NCBI GenBank assembly: GCA_000002435.2 | Contig: CM018793.1 | Reading direction: 5' to 3' (one strand) | Length of the DNA stretch: 64,000 bases | From: Giardia intestinalis | Lineage: Eukaryota | In this document: piece after piece, positions 9,255 to 19,541 of the stretch | Numbering within the stretch: the first letter of the stretch is position 1 | Layout of the letters: each line of letters starts with the position of its first letter | Notes under the pieces: generated by a model | Database searches by the model: none | What the model saw: only the letters and a program-made list of their open reading frames with translations | What the model was told of the DNA's origin: nothing | Program-made: the position numbers and the translations under genes

Positions 9255-11225
9255 TTAATATGGGATATTTAGAATGTTTGCAAGGCGAATCATGGCGTCT
9301 TTTCCACCTTGAGCTATATGATAGAACTGAGGTGAGCCTATACGAGAAGTGGTCCGCGCACGCTTTCTTTCAGGGTTGATTCTGAATAGACTACACGGAA
9401 TGTCGCTCTTAGCGCATCGTCTGAGAATACTGTTGAACTCGTGGCGAATAGTTGGTATGCGAACTCCGCAACCTATTTCAAGTAGACAGACCTTTCTATT
9501 TTTATTTCTAAACAATTGTCTTTTGAACGAGTTGTACTTTTCTTCTTCGTCAGTGAGTTCCATGAACATTGCATCATCAAACATAAGTACTCTGGGGCGA
9601 AGATAGTACTTACAGTGCGGACAGATTGGATGTCCATCGTTATTTTGTGATGCAATCGGTCTTACTGACTCATATATCTTCTTGTAATTAGATTCGATAT
9701 GGATTGGGTCATGCACTGCAACACATCCACGTTCGCCCTTATTCATTGAAGATGCACTAGGGGGTGACAAAGTATCCTTGCTCATTGGCAATGACTCTTC
9801 CTCTACGCGTATCTCTTTAGTGGTATCGTCAGTCACACTCAGAGACTGAGCTGGGCGTTCTACTGCATCGCATACTTTGGGGGCACTCTTTGCTGAGTGT
9901 GCACCCTCTTGGTTCAGTACGGGAGTGCTTGTTGTAGTAGAAGTAGAAAGTGATGATAGGCTGCACACCCTTTTGGCCTCGTGCCTTATTGCTAAGTAGT
10001 CTATTCCCTGCTTAGCTAGTGCATCGTGTAGAGCGCCCCTTGTCTGTGAATTACGACTACATTGGGAATACACTCTGTCATACACCTCTCTTCTAACCAT
10101 GGGAGACCCCCTTTTAGTATCCACTTGCACTGGTGGATTGGTAGTGTTCAGAGGAGCCACTGGCCTGACTACAGAGGCTTCCTGCACAGGTGATAGAGGA
10201 ACTACTTGAGAGCAGCTAGACGAATCTTGCACCGCGTTATCTCCATAGTATGAGAAATACAGTTGAGAAAACACTGATGTATTCTTACCAGGCTTTGTAA
10301 ATCTCGATAGAATAGGAGGTGGCCTGGGAATAGCGACTGATGTGGTAGACGTAGTAGATGAATACCCGGGTCCGCTCCTGATAGCATGTACAGTGCTGCC
10401 AGTAGAACAGCGCATTGTTTGCTTGTTAATATTAAATCTATAATAGAACGGAAGCCGATAGATTGAATCTATTCTACACGACCGGGAGCATTGCCAGTCC
10501 ATGCATGTTCCGTGAAACTCATAAAAGTGCTGCCTTGACACCCCGATTTTTTCAAAATGAGAATCTACGTTACTCGAATAGATGTAAATGTGCTTGTTAG
10601 GATATGCTGCTATCATGTTCTTAATAATTGTGTACCCCTCGTGAGGTGTAGTGTCTCTGTAGGAGTTAAAGCAATATCCCCAAAAACCGTAGAACACCTC
10701 TGGGTTTCTCTGAAGCCAGATGGGGTCACAGAGGGTAGCATAGTCAACCCCCATAAGGTCATAGGCAGGTACCCTTGCAATATCCTTGTATACCGCTAGG
10801 CCAGAGTCTGCTGAAAACCCTGCCCCAGTCCCTATAAGGATATAATTGGCCTCTTTGATAGTTTGAGCCAGGGTAGTGATAGCCGCCTCATCTCGGTCAA
10901 TTTGAGTGTCGTCACAAAGAGCAGCACCCGAAGAGGCAGGTGTTTCCGAGGGAGCTGTGGTTGGGCGCAGGTCACTCTCATTGGGCTTGGTTTTCCGTAG
11001 GCTGGACTGTGACTGTGATTTACCTAATGTCCGCACTTTAGGCCCTCCTTTAGATAAGGGTGTTTGAGCAGCGGGCCGAGAAGTTGGTGCTGTTGATGAT
11101 TGGGCTGGATGGTTCCGGCACGCTGTTGTGTTAGGTCTTCGTTTCTCAGCTGGCGCAGTTCTTACAGAAGGCTGAGCTGACAGCTTAGGAGTTGTTGCAG
11201 CAGCTAAGCGCTCATACACATTCAT
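9255..11225 (-). CDS. Sir2-family NAD-dependent deacetylase (sirtuin) with a Ser/Thr/Pro-rich N-terminus and a long low-complexity insertion.
   Basis: GTGAGFSADSG matches the GAGIS motif and SSNVDSHF matches TQNIDxL. The sequence EFHGTCMDWQC and later CPHCKYYLRPRVLMFDD form the Zn Cys pairs and the RPxVVFFGE-like motif. CLLEIGCGVRIPT is the final strand. ATG is confirmed at 11223-11225 on the minus strand. Confidence 0.65.
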   Translation of the reverse strand: MNVYERLAAATTPKLSAQPSVRTAPAEKRRPNTTACRNHPAQSSTAPTSRPAAQTPLSKGGPKVRTLGKSQSQSSLRKTKPNESDLRPTTAPSETPASSGAALCDDTQIDRDEAAITTLAQTIKEANYILIGTGAGFSADSGLAVYKDIARVPAYDLMGVDYATLCDPIWLQRNPEVFYGFWGYCFNSYRDTTPHEGYTIIKNMIAAYPNKHIYIYSSNVDSHFEKIGVSRQHFYEFHGTCMDWQCSRSCRIDSIYRLPFYYRFNINKQTMRCSTGSTVHAIRSGPGYSSTTSTTSVAIPRPPPILSRFTKPGKNTSVFSQLYFSYYGDNAVQDSSSCSQVVPLSPVQEASVVRPVAPLNTTNPPVQVDTKRGSPMVRREVYDRVYSQCSRNSQTRGALHDALAKQGIDYLAIRHEAKRVCSLSSLSTSTTTSTPVLNQEGAHSAKSAPKVCDAVERPAQSLSVTDDTTKEIRVEEESLPMSKDTLSPPSASSMNKGERGCVAVHDPIHIESNYKKIYESVRPIASQNNDGHPICPHCKYYLRPRVLMFDDAMFMELTDEEEKYNSFKRQLFRNKNRKVCLLEIGCGVRIPTIRHEFNSILRRCAKSDIPCSLFRINPERKRARTTSRIGSPQFYHIAQGGKDAMIRLANILNIPY

Positions 11226-11346
11226 GTATTATCGAAATTCAGGTCCCTAGAACGACAGAACACTGAAGGAGCGTCGAAGAAAGACTGCAAGCAAAAATTT
11301 ACCGAAGATTTACTAAAGAATAACTCTAGTTCTGCAGGAGAACGAC

Positions 11347-12048
11347 ATGTCTCAGCCTATGAATGCAAACCTGATGGATGTTGTGCAGAAGTTCAAGACC
11401 TACGAAGAGTACTTGGACTCTCATATTAAGAGTGATGCATTGTTCTTTTTGGAGAGCCAGGAAATCGCGCGGGCCATAGTCGAGACTTCCTCGCTTCGTA
11501 ATGAGATACTCAAGCGAGACGAGTTTGAGGCGGCGAAAAAGGAAATTTCAACCACAAAGCTCAAGGGGACGTCTTTCATGAATAGTCAGCTCGCATCAAC
11601 GGGCCTCAATCTTAGCGAATATCCATTTCTCTTTGCACTTGCTCAAAGGGAGGAACAAGTTAGAGATGGGCGACTTGCTTGTATCATTTTCATTCGAGAC
11701 AGAAATCACTCGGGGCAAGAAATTTCGGGATACATAGATTACGCTCATCGATTGAAGACAGACAACTTTGTAGCATACTTCACGCGAGCAAAGAAGCTTC
11801 TCCCTCGATCTACAGACCTCAGTTTTTACAATTGGGATACGCAGTTTGTGTCCTCACTGGCAAGTAACACATTTGAGATTATCGCCGACAACGAAGAGGG
11901 CTTCTTGTTCAAGTGTAAAAGAGATAGAAAGGTAATAAATGTCAATCCTACGGCCGTCAATGACGACAAAACCGTACGCCACGTCATCGACACCCACGAA
12001 TACATGCACGTAGTCATATACGATCACATACTCCGCAGGAAAATTTGA
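11347..12048 (+). CDS. Conserved hypothetical protein of 233 aa, tentatively a CFAP299/DUF4464-like cilia-associated protein.
   Basis: Clean 233-aa ORF with ATG at 11347. The N-terminal KFKTYEEYLDSHI and the overall length recall the DUF4464 family; the family assignment is from memory and not verified. Confidence 0.4.
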   Translation: MSQPMNANLMDVVQKFKTYEEYLDSHIKSDALFFLESQEIARAIVETSSLRNEILKRDEFEAAKKEISTTKLKGTSFMNSQLASTGLNLSEYPFLFALAQREEQVRDGRLACIIFIRDRNHSGQEISGYIDYAHRLKTDNFVAYFTRAKKLLPRSTDLSFYNWDTQFVSSLASNTFEIIADNEEGFLFKCKRDRKVINVNPTAVNDDKTVRHVIDTHEYMHVVIYDHILRRKI

Positions 12049-12084
12049 CACAGAGGTGCTGAGTAAGCAACCGGCGCAGAGCGT

Positions 12085-12657
12085 TTACATGAATATGAAC
12101 TCAGTATCCCTCTCCGTTAGAGCCTTGTAGACCGCTGAATATGTTTTGGTACGCTCGCTAACCTCGTTGTATACAGCCTTCGGGAGCACAACCTGGAGCC
12201 TCGGGTTAGAGCCCGCAGGGTAAAGGGTGCGCTTTCCAATGACATGGATCGGGTAGCAGATGTCGTCCAGGATGCAGTTGTAAACAGATGTCATGGTACG
12301 CGACCTCGGACGCCTTATGCTCTTCTTACCGGTGAATACGTACGCATTCTTCATTATCGTTCTGTTAGCCACTATAATGAAGCGGTGTCCCGAGTGGTTC
12401 TTCTCTAACTTAAGGATGAGAGCCTCCGAGTTTTTCTGGAAGCTCTGCAGCATAGGATAGGGGACATAGACCACCGCAGCCTTCTTGTCTCCGTCGACTG
12501 CTATCTCTTTGACAGAGCTAATATACAGGGTCCCCAGGCCCATCTCCCTCAAATCTGGATCGTCCTCCAATTTCAAGAGAGTACCGGCCACCTGCTTCTC
12601 AAGCTCAGATAGCTTCTCGAAGGGCTTCCTGATCTTGCGCTGCGCGGGGAAGGTCAT
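12085..12657 (-). CDS. RPS7: 40S ribosomal protein S7e.
   Basis: The ORF-track start at 12690 is TTG; the first ATG gives MTFPAQRKIRKP. KKAAVVYVPYPMLQSFQK aligns with RPS7 RKAIIIFVPVPQLKSFQK. RRPRSRTMTSVYNCILDDICYPIHVIGKR aligns with [29 protein letters not shown]. Confidence 0.88.
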   Translation of the reverse strand: MTFPAQRKIRKPFEKLSELEKQVAGTLLKLEDDPDLREMGLGTLYISSVKEIAVDGDKKAAVVYVPYPMLQSFQKNSEALILKLEKNHSGHRFIIVANRTIMKNAYVFTGKKSIRRPRSRTMTSVYNCILDDICYPIHVIGKRTLYPAGSNPRLQVVLPKAVYNEVSERTKTYSAVYKALTERDTEFIFM

Positions 12658-12826
12658 CGAGGGAATTGATCTGGTTAAATGAAAATTCAAATTAAAATTA
12701 TTTGTGGAAACTGGCTAGGTCACCATTCACTTTTCATTGCTAATTTTCACTGCTTCGTTTAGTTAATAATTCAACTCCTTGCGACATATCCTCTTGCAAG
12801 TCGGCTGAAAACCAACTTCAAAAAGG

Positions 12827-14710
12827 ATGGAGATCACCTACGTGTACACCAAGCTCCGCAAGGATTTCGGGCGCTACGTTTCCTACAAGCGCGTCGATGC
12901 TGAAGTTCTCCTGGATTATACCCCAAACGCAGACGACACCAAGGATCTGTGGACTGAGGAGCAGTACGCTGAAAAGGCCGTCCAATCTGGTGAAGATTTT
13001 TCTGAGCACACCGTCAATACCCACAGGATAACAGTTGACACACGCGGAGTTCAACACAAGCAAGGCGGCTGGCCCAGGGAGATAGACCCAACAGATGCAG
13101 AGCACACCACGCGCTACCGCAAAAAGGTGGAACGTGACCCTGGCTATGCAGTCTCGATTAAAGCGTGTGTGGATAAGCTCGAGGATGCAACCCTTTTGAA
13201 CAATGCTATGGACTTGACAGAAAGATACTTCAGTGATACTGCGGAGAGCTCTCTTCTTTTGCACGCGCAGCCACCCACAGTGAAAGTCATTTCCATATTC
13301 AGGGATCCAGCCAGCATTAAGCGCACTGCTCGCCGAGTACTTTGGGCTCCTGAGACATCTAAGCTCCCTAAGAAATTCGTCACCGCATTTTGCAACATGA
13401 CTTACCAGTACGACATCAATCTCAACCGGGCGCTAGCAAAAACGAGCTCCCTAGCCGACACCGAGCTTTACCGGGACCCGACAGAAACAGGTCTGACTAT
13501 CACAGGAGGAGAGCCCAACATAATTGGTTCATTCAACTTGCAGAACTCATCGTCGTACATCTACGATGTTAATAATAGCAACGCGCCTGACTTCGAGCTC
13601 ATAGCACCAAATAGTAGCAGTAATGCAGCTATCACGTCTCTCCGGTACTCTACCAAAGACGCAAACATCCTCTTCGCTGGGTTATACAACGGCCAGGTGG
13701 GCTTTTATGATTGTAGGAAGTCGCACCACATCGTCGATACATCACCGGTGGAAATTAGCCACAAGGACTCTGTCTATGATCTATATGTTGTCAAGAGCAA
13801 GTCTAGCACAGAGTTTGCGTCCATATCAACGGACGGAAGGGTGCTCTGGTGGGATGCCCGTAACTTCAGCAAGTATACGCAGGAGCCTGTGGAGCTATTC
13901 ATTACAAGTGACGATGGGTTTTCGGGTGAGAAGTCCAAGTCCAGACCAGACACGAAAAACTCTACGGGCAGAAGCGCAGGAGAAGCAGAATTCTTGATAG
14001 GCGGGACGTGCTTAAACATAGACCCTGTTGCCGGCCTTTCCAAATTCCTTGTGGGGTCTGAAGCCGGGCACATAATTCACTGTAATAGAAAGAACAAGCC
14101 TTCGGAACGTGTAACTCAGGTTCTGATTGGCCACAATGGGCCCGTCCACTGTATCAACCGATCTCCATTCTTTGGCAAGTTCTTTATCAGCTGTGCAGAC
14201 TGGTCGTGCAAGATATGGGCAGATGATATAAGGACCCCCATCCTTACGACGGCGTACTCGCCTGGTTCGGTAAATGCATGTTGCTTCAGCAACACACGCC
14301 CGGGAGTCTTCGCAACTGCCCGCTCAGATGGTTATTTAGATATCTATGATCTCTTCTACAAGGTCGACACCCCTACTTTATCTTGTAACGTCGGCAACGC
14401 GAGCCTTTGCTCCTTGGAGATTGATCCTACAGGTGAGTTCCTGCTTCTGGGGGCTAATGATGGTGCAGTTAACTTGCTACAGATGTCCTCTGGACTGCAC
14501 ACCTCGACAAATATGGTCTTAGAAAAACAGTTTATTCAGAACCTTTTCGAGCGAGAGTCCAAGCGCGAGAAGGCGCTGGAGCAGAGGACTAAAGAGATGA
14601 AGCTGAAGAGCGCGGACAATGCACCAAAGGGCCCGAGAGACATTGACATTGTGATTGACCCCGATCTCTTGGCAAACATTGAAGACGAGTATGGCAACTT
14701 TACATTTTAA
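12827..14710 (+). CDS. DNAI2: Axonemal outer-arm dynein intermediate chain 2 (DNAI2/IC69-like), a WD-repeat protein.
   Basis: The N-terminus MEITYVYTKLRKDFGR matches DNAI2 MEIVYVYVKKRSEFG. WD repeats follow. ATG at 12827 is preceded by aaaagg. Confidence 0.8.
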   Translation: MEITYVYTKLRKDFGRYVSYKRVDAEVLLDYTPNADDTKDLWTEEQYAEKAVQSGEDFSEHTVNTHRITVDTRGVQHKQGGWPREIDPTDAEHTTRYRKKVERDPGYAVSIKACVDKLEDATLLNNAMDLTERYFSDTAESSLLLHAQPPTVKVISIFRDPASIKRTARRVLWAPETSKLPKKFVTAFCNMTYQYDINLNRALAKTSSLADTELYRDPTETGLTITGGEPNIIGSFNLQNSSSYIYDVNNSNAPDFELIAPNSSSNAAITSLRYSTKDANILFAGLYNGQVGFYDCRKSHHIVDTSPVEISHKDSVYDLYVVKSKSSTEFASISTDGRVLWWDARNFSKYTQEPVELFITSDDGFSGEKSKSRPDTKNSTGRSAGEAEFLIGGTCLNIDPVAGLSKFLVGSEAGHIIHCNRKNKPSERVTQVLIGHNGPVHCINRSPFFGKFFISCADWSCKIWADDIRTPILTTAYSPGSVNACCFSNTRPGVFATARSDGYLDIYDLFYKVDTPTLSCNVGNASLCSLEIDPTGEFLLLGANDGAVNLLQMSSGLHTSTNMVLEKQFIQNLFERESKREKALEQRTKEMKLKSADNAPKGPRDIDIVIDPDLLANIEDEYGNFTF

Positions 14711-14786
14711 CTATCCAGCACACTCTGCAGGCAAACGTGTCACGTTGACCTGGCGCTTTGGCTGTTTGAGGCGGGCTAGTAAATAA

Positions 14787-17051
14787 ATGCACTTGTGCAG
14801 TTGGGAACGCCATGCAGAGCTCCATCCTTATTCTTGGTATTTTGAGGCACCACAGGATGTCCTCGATGGCTATGGGCTTCAGCATGGTAATATTGTTCGT
14901 ATCTTGCTTGATGGTACGTGCTACATGTGCATAACCTATAGACGGGATAGGCCGAAGGTTACAATAGGCGGATGCATTACTCTGTTAGAGGACCCCGTAG
15001 TAGACAACCTTCATGAGTCCAATGGGCAGACCTCTGAAATTAATGTGGAAAAACTTTCCTCTGGTCTTATCTTTAAGTCGGAGTTAGACTCCATAACAAT
15101 CTGTCTTCCATCGGCATTTCGCCACACAGCAATAAAGAAAGAAGCCATCAGTATCATTAAAACGGTGATGCATGGAGCTCCGTATCTTCACAACACTTGG
15201 ATGGGTATCTGCCTCGTCATGGTTAAAATGAGGATAAGAGTAACTCACACGGAAGAAAGTACTCAGACTGAACTAGATGGTAATCACACAACAAATGTTA
15301 GACTTCCTCCCGTATCAGAATCTCAATGTTCGTGGATAGGGTGTACAGCTATTAGAGACAGGCTTAGCTATTGCCTATCGTCCCCCTCTGTTTCTCATTT
15401 TCTTATCTCTGGCCCCAGAGGAAGTGGAAAAATGACACTACTTAAAACCTGTTTACACAGATTGGAAAAGTTTAACAGCCTCATAGTGTCCGCCAATGAT
15501 CTTCTTGAAGGGAAGAATCTGTGGAAGGAGTATACCAGCGATAGCATTCTATCACCTGATAGCTCTACGACCTCTAATCGCATCCTGTCTCAAGTCACGG
15601 AAGGATGTATCCGCGATTTCTTTTCTAGCTATAACGACTTTCTCCGTATCTTAGCTGTGTCATGTCATGAGCAAGTGGACTTTTCGTTGCTCTCCAAAAA
15701 GTGGGAGGCGACACAAGGACGAGCCAATCTATCTTCATCGTTAATTAATATAATAGTTAGAGCCGATGCCTACGACTTTCTCATCTTTAGGGAATTCGAC
15801 TCAGTATTTGTCCAGCGGTCTGACTTGGCATCCCCAGAGCAACGTCAACTAACTAGTACTCTTTTGATGCTATTAGACGGGGGGACAAAACGTTCTGTCG
15901 GTGCACAAGGCCGGTGCAAGTATATTGGAATAGTCACCGATCTGGCCACTGTAGATGCAGCACTAAGGAGGCCTGGACGCTTTGAAGAGGCAGTCACCCT
16001 CACAAATCCAACATTTGAAATGCGAAGCCAGTTCTTGCAGAAGGTCTTTGCAGACCGTGGCAACACCTTAGATAGCTCAGTAGTAGAATCGTTGACGAAG
16101 GCTACGGCAAGTATGCCACTAGGCGACATCAAAGAGCTGCTCACTATGTGTGGTGCTGGTGATCAGGTGCACCTAGTTAAAGCCGTGCAGCAGCACGTAC
16201 AGGAGTTTAGAGGACGAAACACTCTAGAATTGTCAGGTGAACTATCGTCTTGTAGGGTTCCTGATCCCAGCCCCTTCGAGCCCTTTGAGGTAGTCTCTGT
16301 ACATGAGGATGTCTTGAGCAAATTAACTGACATCATACTAATGCCTGTATTGTACAAGGACTTATTCTGGAAACTGATGAGGAGCAGATCTTCCGGTAAT
16401 ATCTTGTGCATGGGGTGTGCAGGCTCAGGTAAGACATTTTTAATTCGTAGATTGATTAGGCAACTTTCAGGCCGTATAAACTTTTTTGAACTCAATTGTG
16501 CACAGGTGTTTTCGCTATACGTTGGGCATACGGAGAAGAACATTAGAAAAGCATTTCAAGAGGCCCGGAGCAACATGCCGTCGGTTCTCATTTTGGACAA
16601 CTATGACTCTTTGGCTGGAAATCGTGATTCAGGGGATACCTCTGGTGACTCCGTGGCGTCTAGAGTGTTAGCTACCTTGCTGGTGGAATTGGATGGGCTC
16701 TCGACGGGAAGCTTCGGCCAGGTTACTGTCCTCGCTATAACGAGCCGTCCAGACTGTATTGACCGGGCTTTAATTAGGCCTGGTAGAGCTGACCACAAGA
16801 TACTCATAGGACATCTTCCTAAAGAAACTATCATGGAAGAAAAGATGTGGACGGAGATTGAAAGGCTTTACAATCTAACATTCGCAGATGTGAGTGCAAT
16901 AAAGGAATGCATAAGAAACGGCTATGACCGCGGACTCTGTATCACCGTTGGATCTATTATTAGAAAGAGCCGGCTCCTGGCTTCTAAGGCTGTCTCCCTG
17001 GAGCAGGCACTAGACGACCTAACTAAAGCTATGGTTGTGGCAGACTCATAA
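14787..17051 (+). CDS. AAA+ ATPase with two ATPase modules, divergent (NVL/SPATA5/PEX-like class).
   Basis: Walker A motifs are GPRGSGKMT and GCAGSGKTF. The Walker B-like sequence ILDNYDSLAG and the second-region homology segment RPGRADHKILIGHLP are present. ATG at 14787 sits after taaataa. Confidence 0.55.
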   Translation: MHLCSWERHAELHPYSWYFEAPQDVLDGYGLQHGNIVRILLDGTCYMCITYRRDRPKVTIGGCITLLEDPVVDNLHESNGQTSEINVEKLSSGLIFKSELDSITICLPSAFRHTAIKKEAISIIKTVMHGAPYLHNTWMGICLVMVKMRIRVTHTEESTQTELDGNHTTNVRLPPVSESQCSWIGCTAIRDRLSYCLSSPSVSHFLISGPRGSGKMTLLKTCLHRLEKFNSLIVSANDLLEGKNLWKEYTSDSILSPDSSTTSNRILSQVTEGCIRDFFSSYNDFLRILAVSCHEQVDFSLLSKKWEATQGRANLSSSLINIIVRADAYDFLIFREFDSVFVQRSDLASPEQRQLTSTLLMLLDGGTKRSVGAQGRCKYIGIVTDLATVDAALRRPGRFEEAVTLTNPTFEMRSQFLQKVFADRGNTLDSSVVESLTKATASMPLGDIKELLTMCGAGDQVHLVKAVQQHVQEFRGRNTLELSGELSSCRVPDPSPFEPFEVVSVHEDVLSKLTDIILMPVLYKDLFWKLMRSRSSGNILCMGCAGSGKTFLIRRLIRQLSGRINFFELNCAQVFSLYVGHTEKNIRKAFQEARSNMPSVLILDNYDSLAGNRDSGDTSGDSVASRVLATLLVELDGLSTGSFGQVTVLAITSRPDCIDRALIRPGRADHKILIGHLPKETIMEEKMWTEIERLYNLTFADVSAIKECIRNGYDRGLCITVGSIIRKSRLLASKAVSLEQALDDLTKAMVVADS

Positions 17052-17136
17052 CAATTTCGGTGTCCTTGCAGATGCCCTGGTTGCTATTGAATATTGGACA
17101 CTTGGCATCGGGAAAGAGCTGAATCAAAAATCCAGG

Positions 17137-17646
17137 ATGGACGGCTTTCAACTCAATGATTTGGCTGCGATGCTAAATGAGTCCATGGAATTGGCAGAGA
17201 AAAGTGGAGCACATGGCACTCGGGTTGCTGATTCTAGTGAGATGAGGGCTGTCCAGGGCTCTTCGAAGCAGGTGGTAGGCACAGCCCCAACCTCAACACC
17301 CGCCGCTCCCATGATCGAGGACACATTTGGGAAGGGCTTCAAAGCGCCAGAGTATTCTTTTGCATACAAGCAACGAGTAGAGGCAGCAGAGGTGTATGGA
17401 GGATTTAGTGGCCAAACGCCGTCAAATGCAGATAGCCAATACCTGGTTGTTCGCTTTGCTCTTCCAGGAGAGGATGGGAAGGATGTAGACCTCGATGTGA
17501 CCGAGACAACGCTGACCCTATATGCCAAGCATCATCGTCTGCACCTTACTCTACCTCACCCTATTGATCCTAAGAGCGTTAAAGCGTCATTTACTAATCA
17601 AACTCTAAGAGTGACACTTCAACGCATAGACGTACTTTCTTTATGA
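17137..17646 (+). CDS. CS/HSP20-like domain protein (p23/PIH1 C-terminal-type beta sandwich), hypothetical.
   Basis: The ORF-track start at 17035 is TTG and overlaps the upstream gene; the first ATG at 17137 follows aatcaaaaatccagg. The C-terminal YLVVRFALPGEDGKDVDLDVTETTLTLYAKHHRLHLTLPHPIDPKSVKASFTNQTLRVTL fits a CS/alpha-crystallin strand pattern. Confidence 0.4.
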   Translation: MDGFQLNDLAAMLNESMELAEKSGAHGTRVADSSEMRAVQGSSKQVVGTAPTSTPAAPMIEDTFGKGFKAPEYSFAYKQRVEAAEVYGGFSGQTPSNADSQYLVVRFALPGEDGKDVDLDVTETTLTLYAKHHRLHLTLPHPIDPKSVKASFTNQTLRVTLQRIDVLSL

Positions 17647-17864
17647 ATGAAGACGAGGCTGTGTGTGGCCATACGGTATCTCACCCATAGAGTGTGCCGT
17701 AAGGCATTCGACAGTCTACCTATTGTTGTAGCTTACTCAGTGGGCACTCTTGTTTTTTCCTCGTGCTTTATGAGCTTCTTTAGCTTTTATTCCCCTTGGT
17801 TGAACACTTCTGCTGTTCCTTTAATTAAAATTCAACTGGTCCTCAAGGTTTAGCACAGAGAGTG

Positions 17865-18779
17865 ATGTCTCGGCCCCGCTCAATTTCCATGAAACACGGC
17901 AGTGTGACCAAGCGCCTTGCGGGTTCGCGCTTCCGGGTGCTTAATGAAGCGTTCTACACAGAGTCCTCCTTGCAAACACAGGAGCGACTCCGCATGAACC
18001 CAGCTGAGTTCGTGGATTATCATAAGGGATATCAAGAACAAGTGAGCAAGTGGGAAGTAAATCCCATTGCACTCTTTATCGATTTACTAGAGCGCGTTCT
18101 AGCTGGGGATGCGGAGGGTGGAGATGGGTCTGCAGCTACAGTAGGGACTCCATCCGCGAACTCAGCAGGAATCGGCTTATTAGATGCAGAGCTTGTTCAG
18201 AATCTTCAAGACCTTGACGTACGACATTCCGCCAAGCCTTCTAAAGCTAACAAGCACCAAATTTTTCCCTCGTTTACTGGCCTCACTCGGGACGATATTA
18301 AGACGATAGGTGACATGGGTTGTGGTAAAGCTGCTCTAGCTCAGGCTATAGTTCCTAAGTACTCTCCTGGTGTTGCTGTCCATAGCTTCGATCTTGTAGC
18401 ACTCAACTCATTCGTTACCGTGGCGAACATTCGTGCACTGCCGTTGGAGCCACATAGACTTGACCTAGCAATATATTGCCTCAGTCTTATGGGCTCCGAT
18501 TATGTCTCCTTTATCAAAGAAGCGTTCAGAGTGGTGAGGCCCGGCGGTGAGTTGTGGCTTGCTGAGGTCAATAGTCGTATTACAAATACAAAGCACTTGA
18601 TAGAACTGTTCTCTGCTTGCAGTTTTCGCAAGATAAAGGTGATCCCATTTACTCACTTCACGCTGATTAGCTTCAGGCGCCTTGAAGATCTCGAAGAGGG
18701 CCACCCGAGTGAGAAGAAACGTGCAGATATCACGAAGTACGAAAAGTGTCTTACTCCTTGTACATATAAGAAGAGATAG
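17865..18779 (+). CDS. RRP8: rRNA-processing protein 8 (RRP8), an S-adenosylmethionine-dependent methyltransferase.
   Basis: FVDYHKGYQEQVSKWEVNPIALFID, DMGCGKAALAQ (SAM-binding motif I), VHSFDLVA, LDLAIYCLSLMGSDYVSFIKEAFRVVRPGGELWLAEV. GTG at 17862, ATG at 17865. Confidence 0.8.
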   Translation: MSRPRSISMKHGSVTKRLAGSRFRVLNEAFYTESSLQTQERLRMNPAEFVDYHKGYQEQVSKWEVNPIALFIDLLERVLAGDAEGGDGSAATVGTPSANSAGIGLLDAELVQNLQDLDVRHSAKPSKANKHQIFPSFTGLTRDDIKTIGDMGCGKAALAQAIVPKYSPGVAVHSFDLVALNSFVTVANIRALPLEPHRLDLAIYCLSLMGSDYVSFIKEAFRVVRPGGELWLAEVNSRITNTKHLIELFSACSFRKIKVIPFTHFTLISFRRLEDLEEGHPSEKKRADITKYEKCLTPCTYKKR

Positions 18780-18821
18780 CTTTTCGCAATCTAGAGAGTT
18801 TGCCAGTAAAATTTGGGGTTT

Positions 18822-19496
18822 ATGTCCGTTACATATGAGGACGTTATTTTTCGACTGAAGGCACTTCCGCAGGTGAGCAAGATCGAGTACCAGGCACGAG
18901 GCCCAGCGACCCAAACAGATTTTGAGAATTGGACCAAGAGAAACGATATAGACCTTCCGCCGGACCTTGTTTCTTTTTACCGGCAAAGGAATGGATTGGA
19001 CACATGCTGGCACTTTGGAACTGAGGAAAAAATCGCAGGACGCTTTTTACTGAATCAGGTGCAGGACATACGGGTAGTCCGCATTCGTCATAAGAATAAT
19101 AACATCCCTCTTGGTATTCTTTCCCATGACAGCTTCGGTACGGTCTTCATTTCCCTATCAAATTCACTTGAGCGGGGGTCGGTCTGGTTCTTGCCAGGAT
19201 CTTACAGTGTATCTGTAGATATCACTATCAACGATCTCTATACACTATGCGAGTCGTTCTCCTCGTACTATAGGCTGATGTCTCTCCATTTGGGGATCAT
19301 ATGCTGGCAATATGCGTTTGTGCCACGCATTGGCCTCCCTATTTTCACTAGACTGCTCATGGCTAGATTCTGCCCAGACAGGCTGTCCATTGATCTTGCG
19401 CTTGCGCACCAACTAAACACAGATGCCTCTACTACTATAGCTTCTGAGTGTGGTCAACTAAGGTTCGGGGCCGGGATACTAGCGTCAATTAGCTAA
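18822..19496 (+). CDS. Hypothetical protein with possible SMI1/KNR4-like fold.
   Basis: Clean ORF. The track start at 18813 is TTG and the first ATG is at 18822. No confident homology. Confidence 0.4.
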   Translation: MSVTYEDVIFRLKALPQVSKIEYQARGPATQTDFENWTKRNDIDLPPDLVSFYRQRNGLDTCWHFGTEEKIAGRFLLNQVQDIRVVRIRHKNNNIPLGILSHDSFGTVFISLSNSLERGSVWFLPGSYSVSVDITINDLYTLCESFSSYYRLMSLHLGIICWQYAFVPRIGLPIFTRLLMARFCPDRLSIDLALAHQLNTDASTTIASECGQLRFGAGILASIS

Positions 19497-19541
19497 TCTT
19501 TTATACCCAGCCCGACATATACTTCTATCTCTTAAAGACAC

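Noticed and set aside
12818-13264. 148-aa ORF antisense to the DNAI2 gene, and the similar 48744..49325 + ORF antisense to RPL18A.
   Set aside because: Each is embedded in a strongly supported gene on the other strand, and neither has motifs or a start context.
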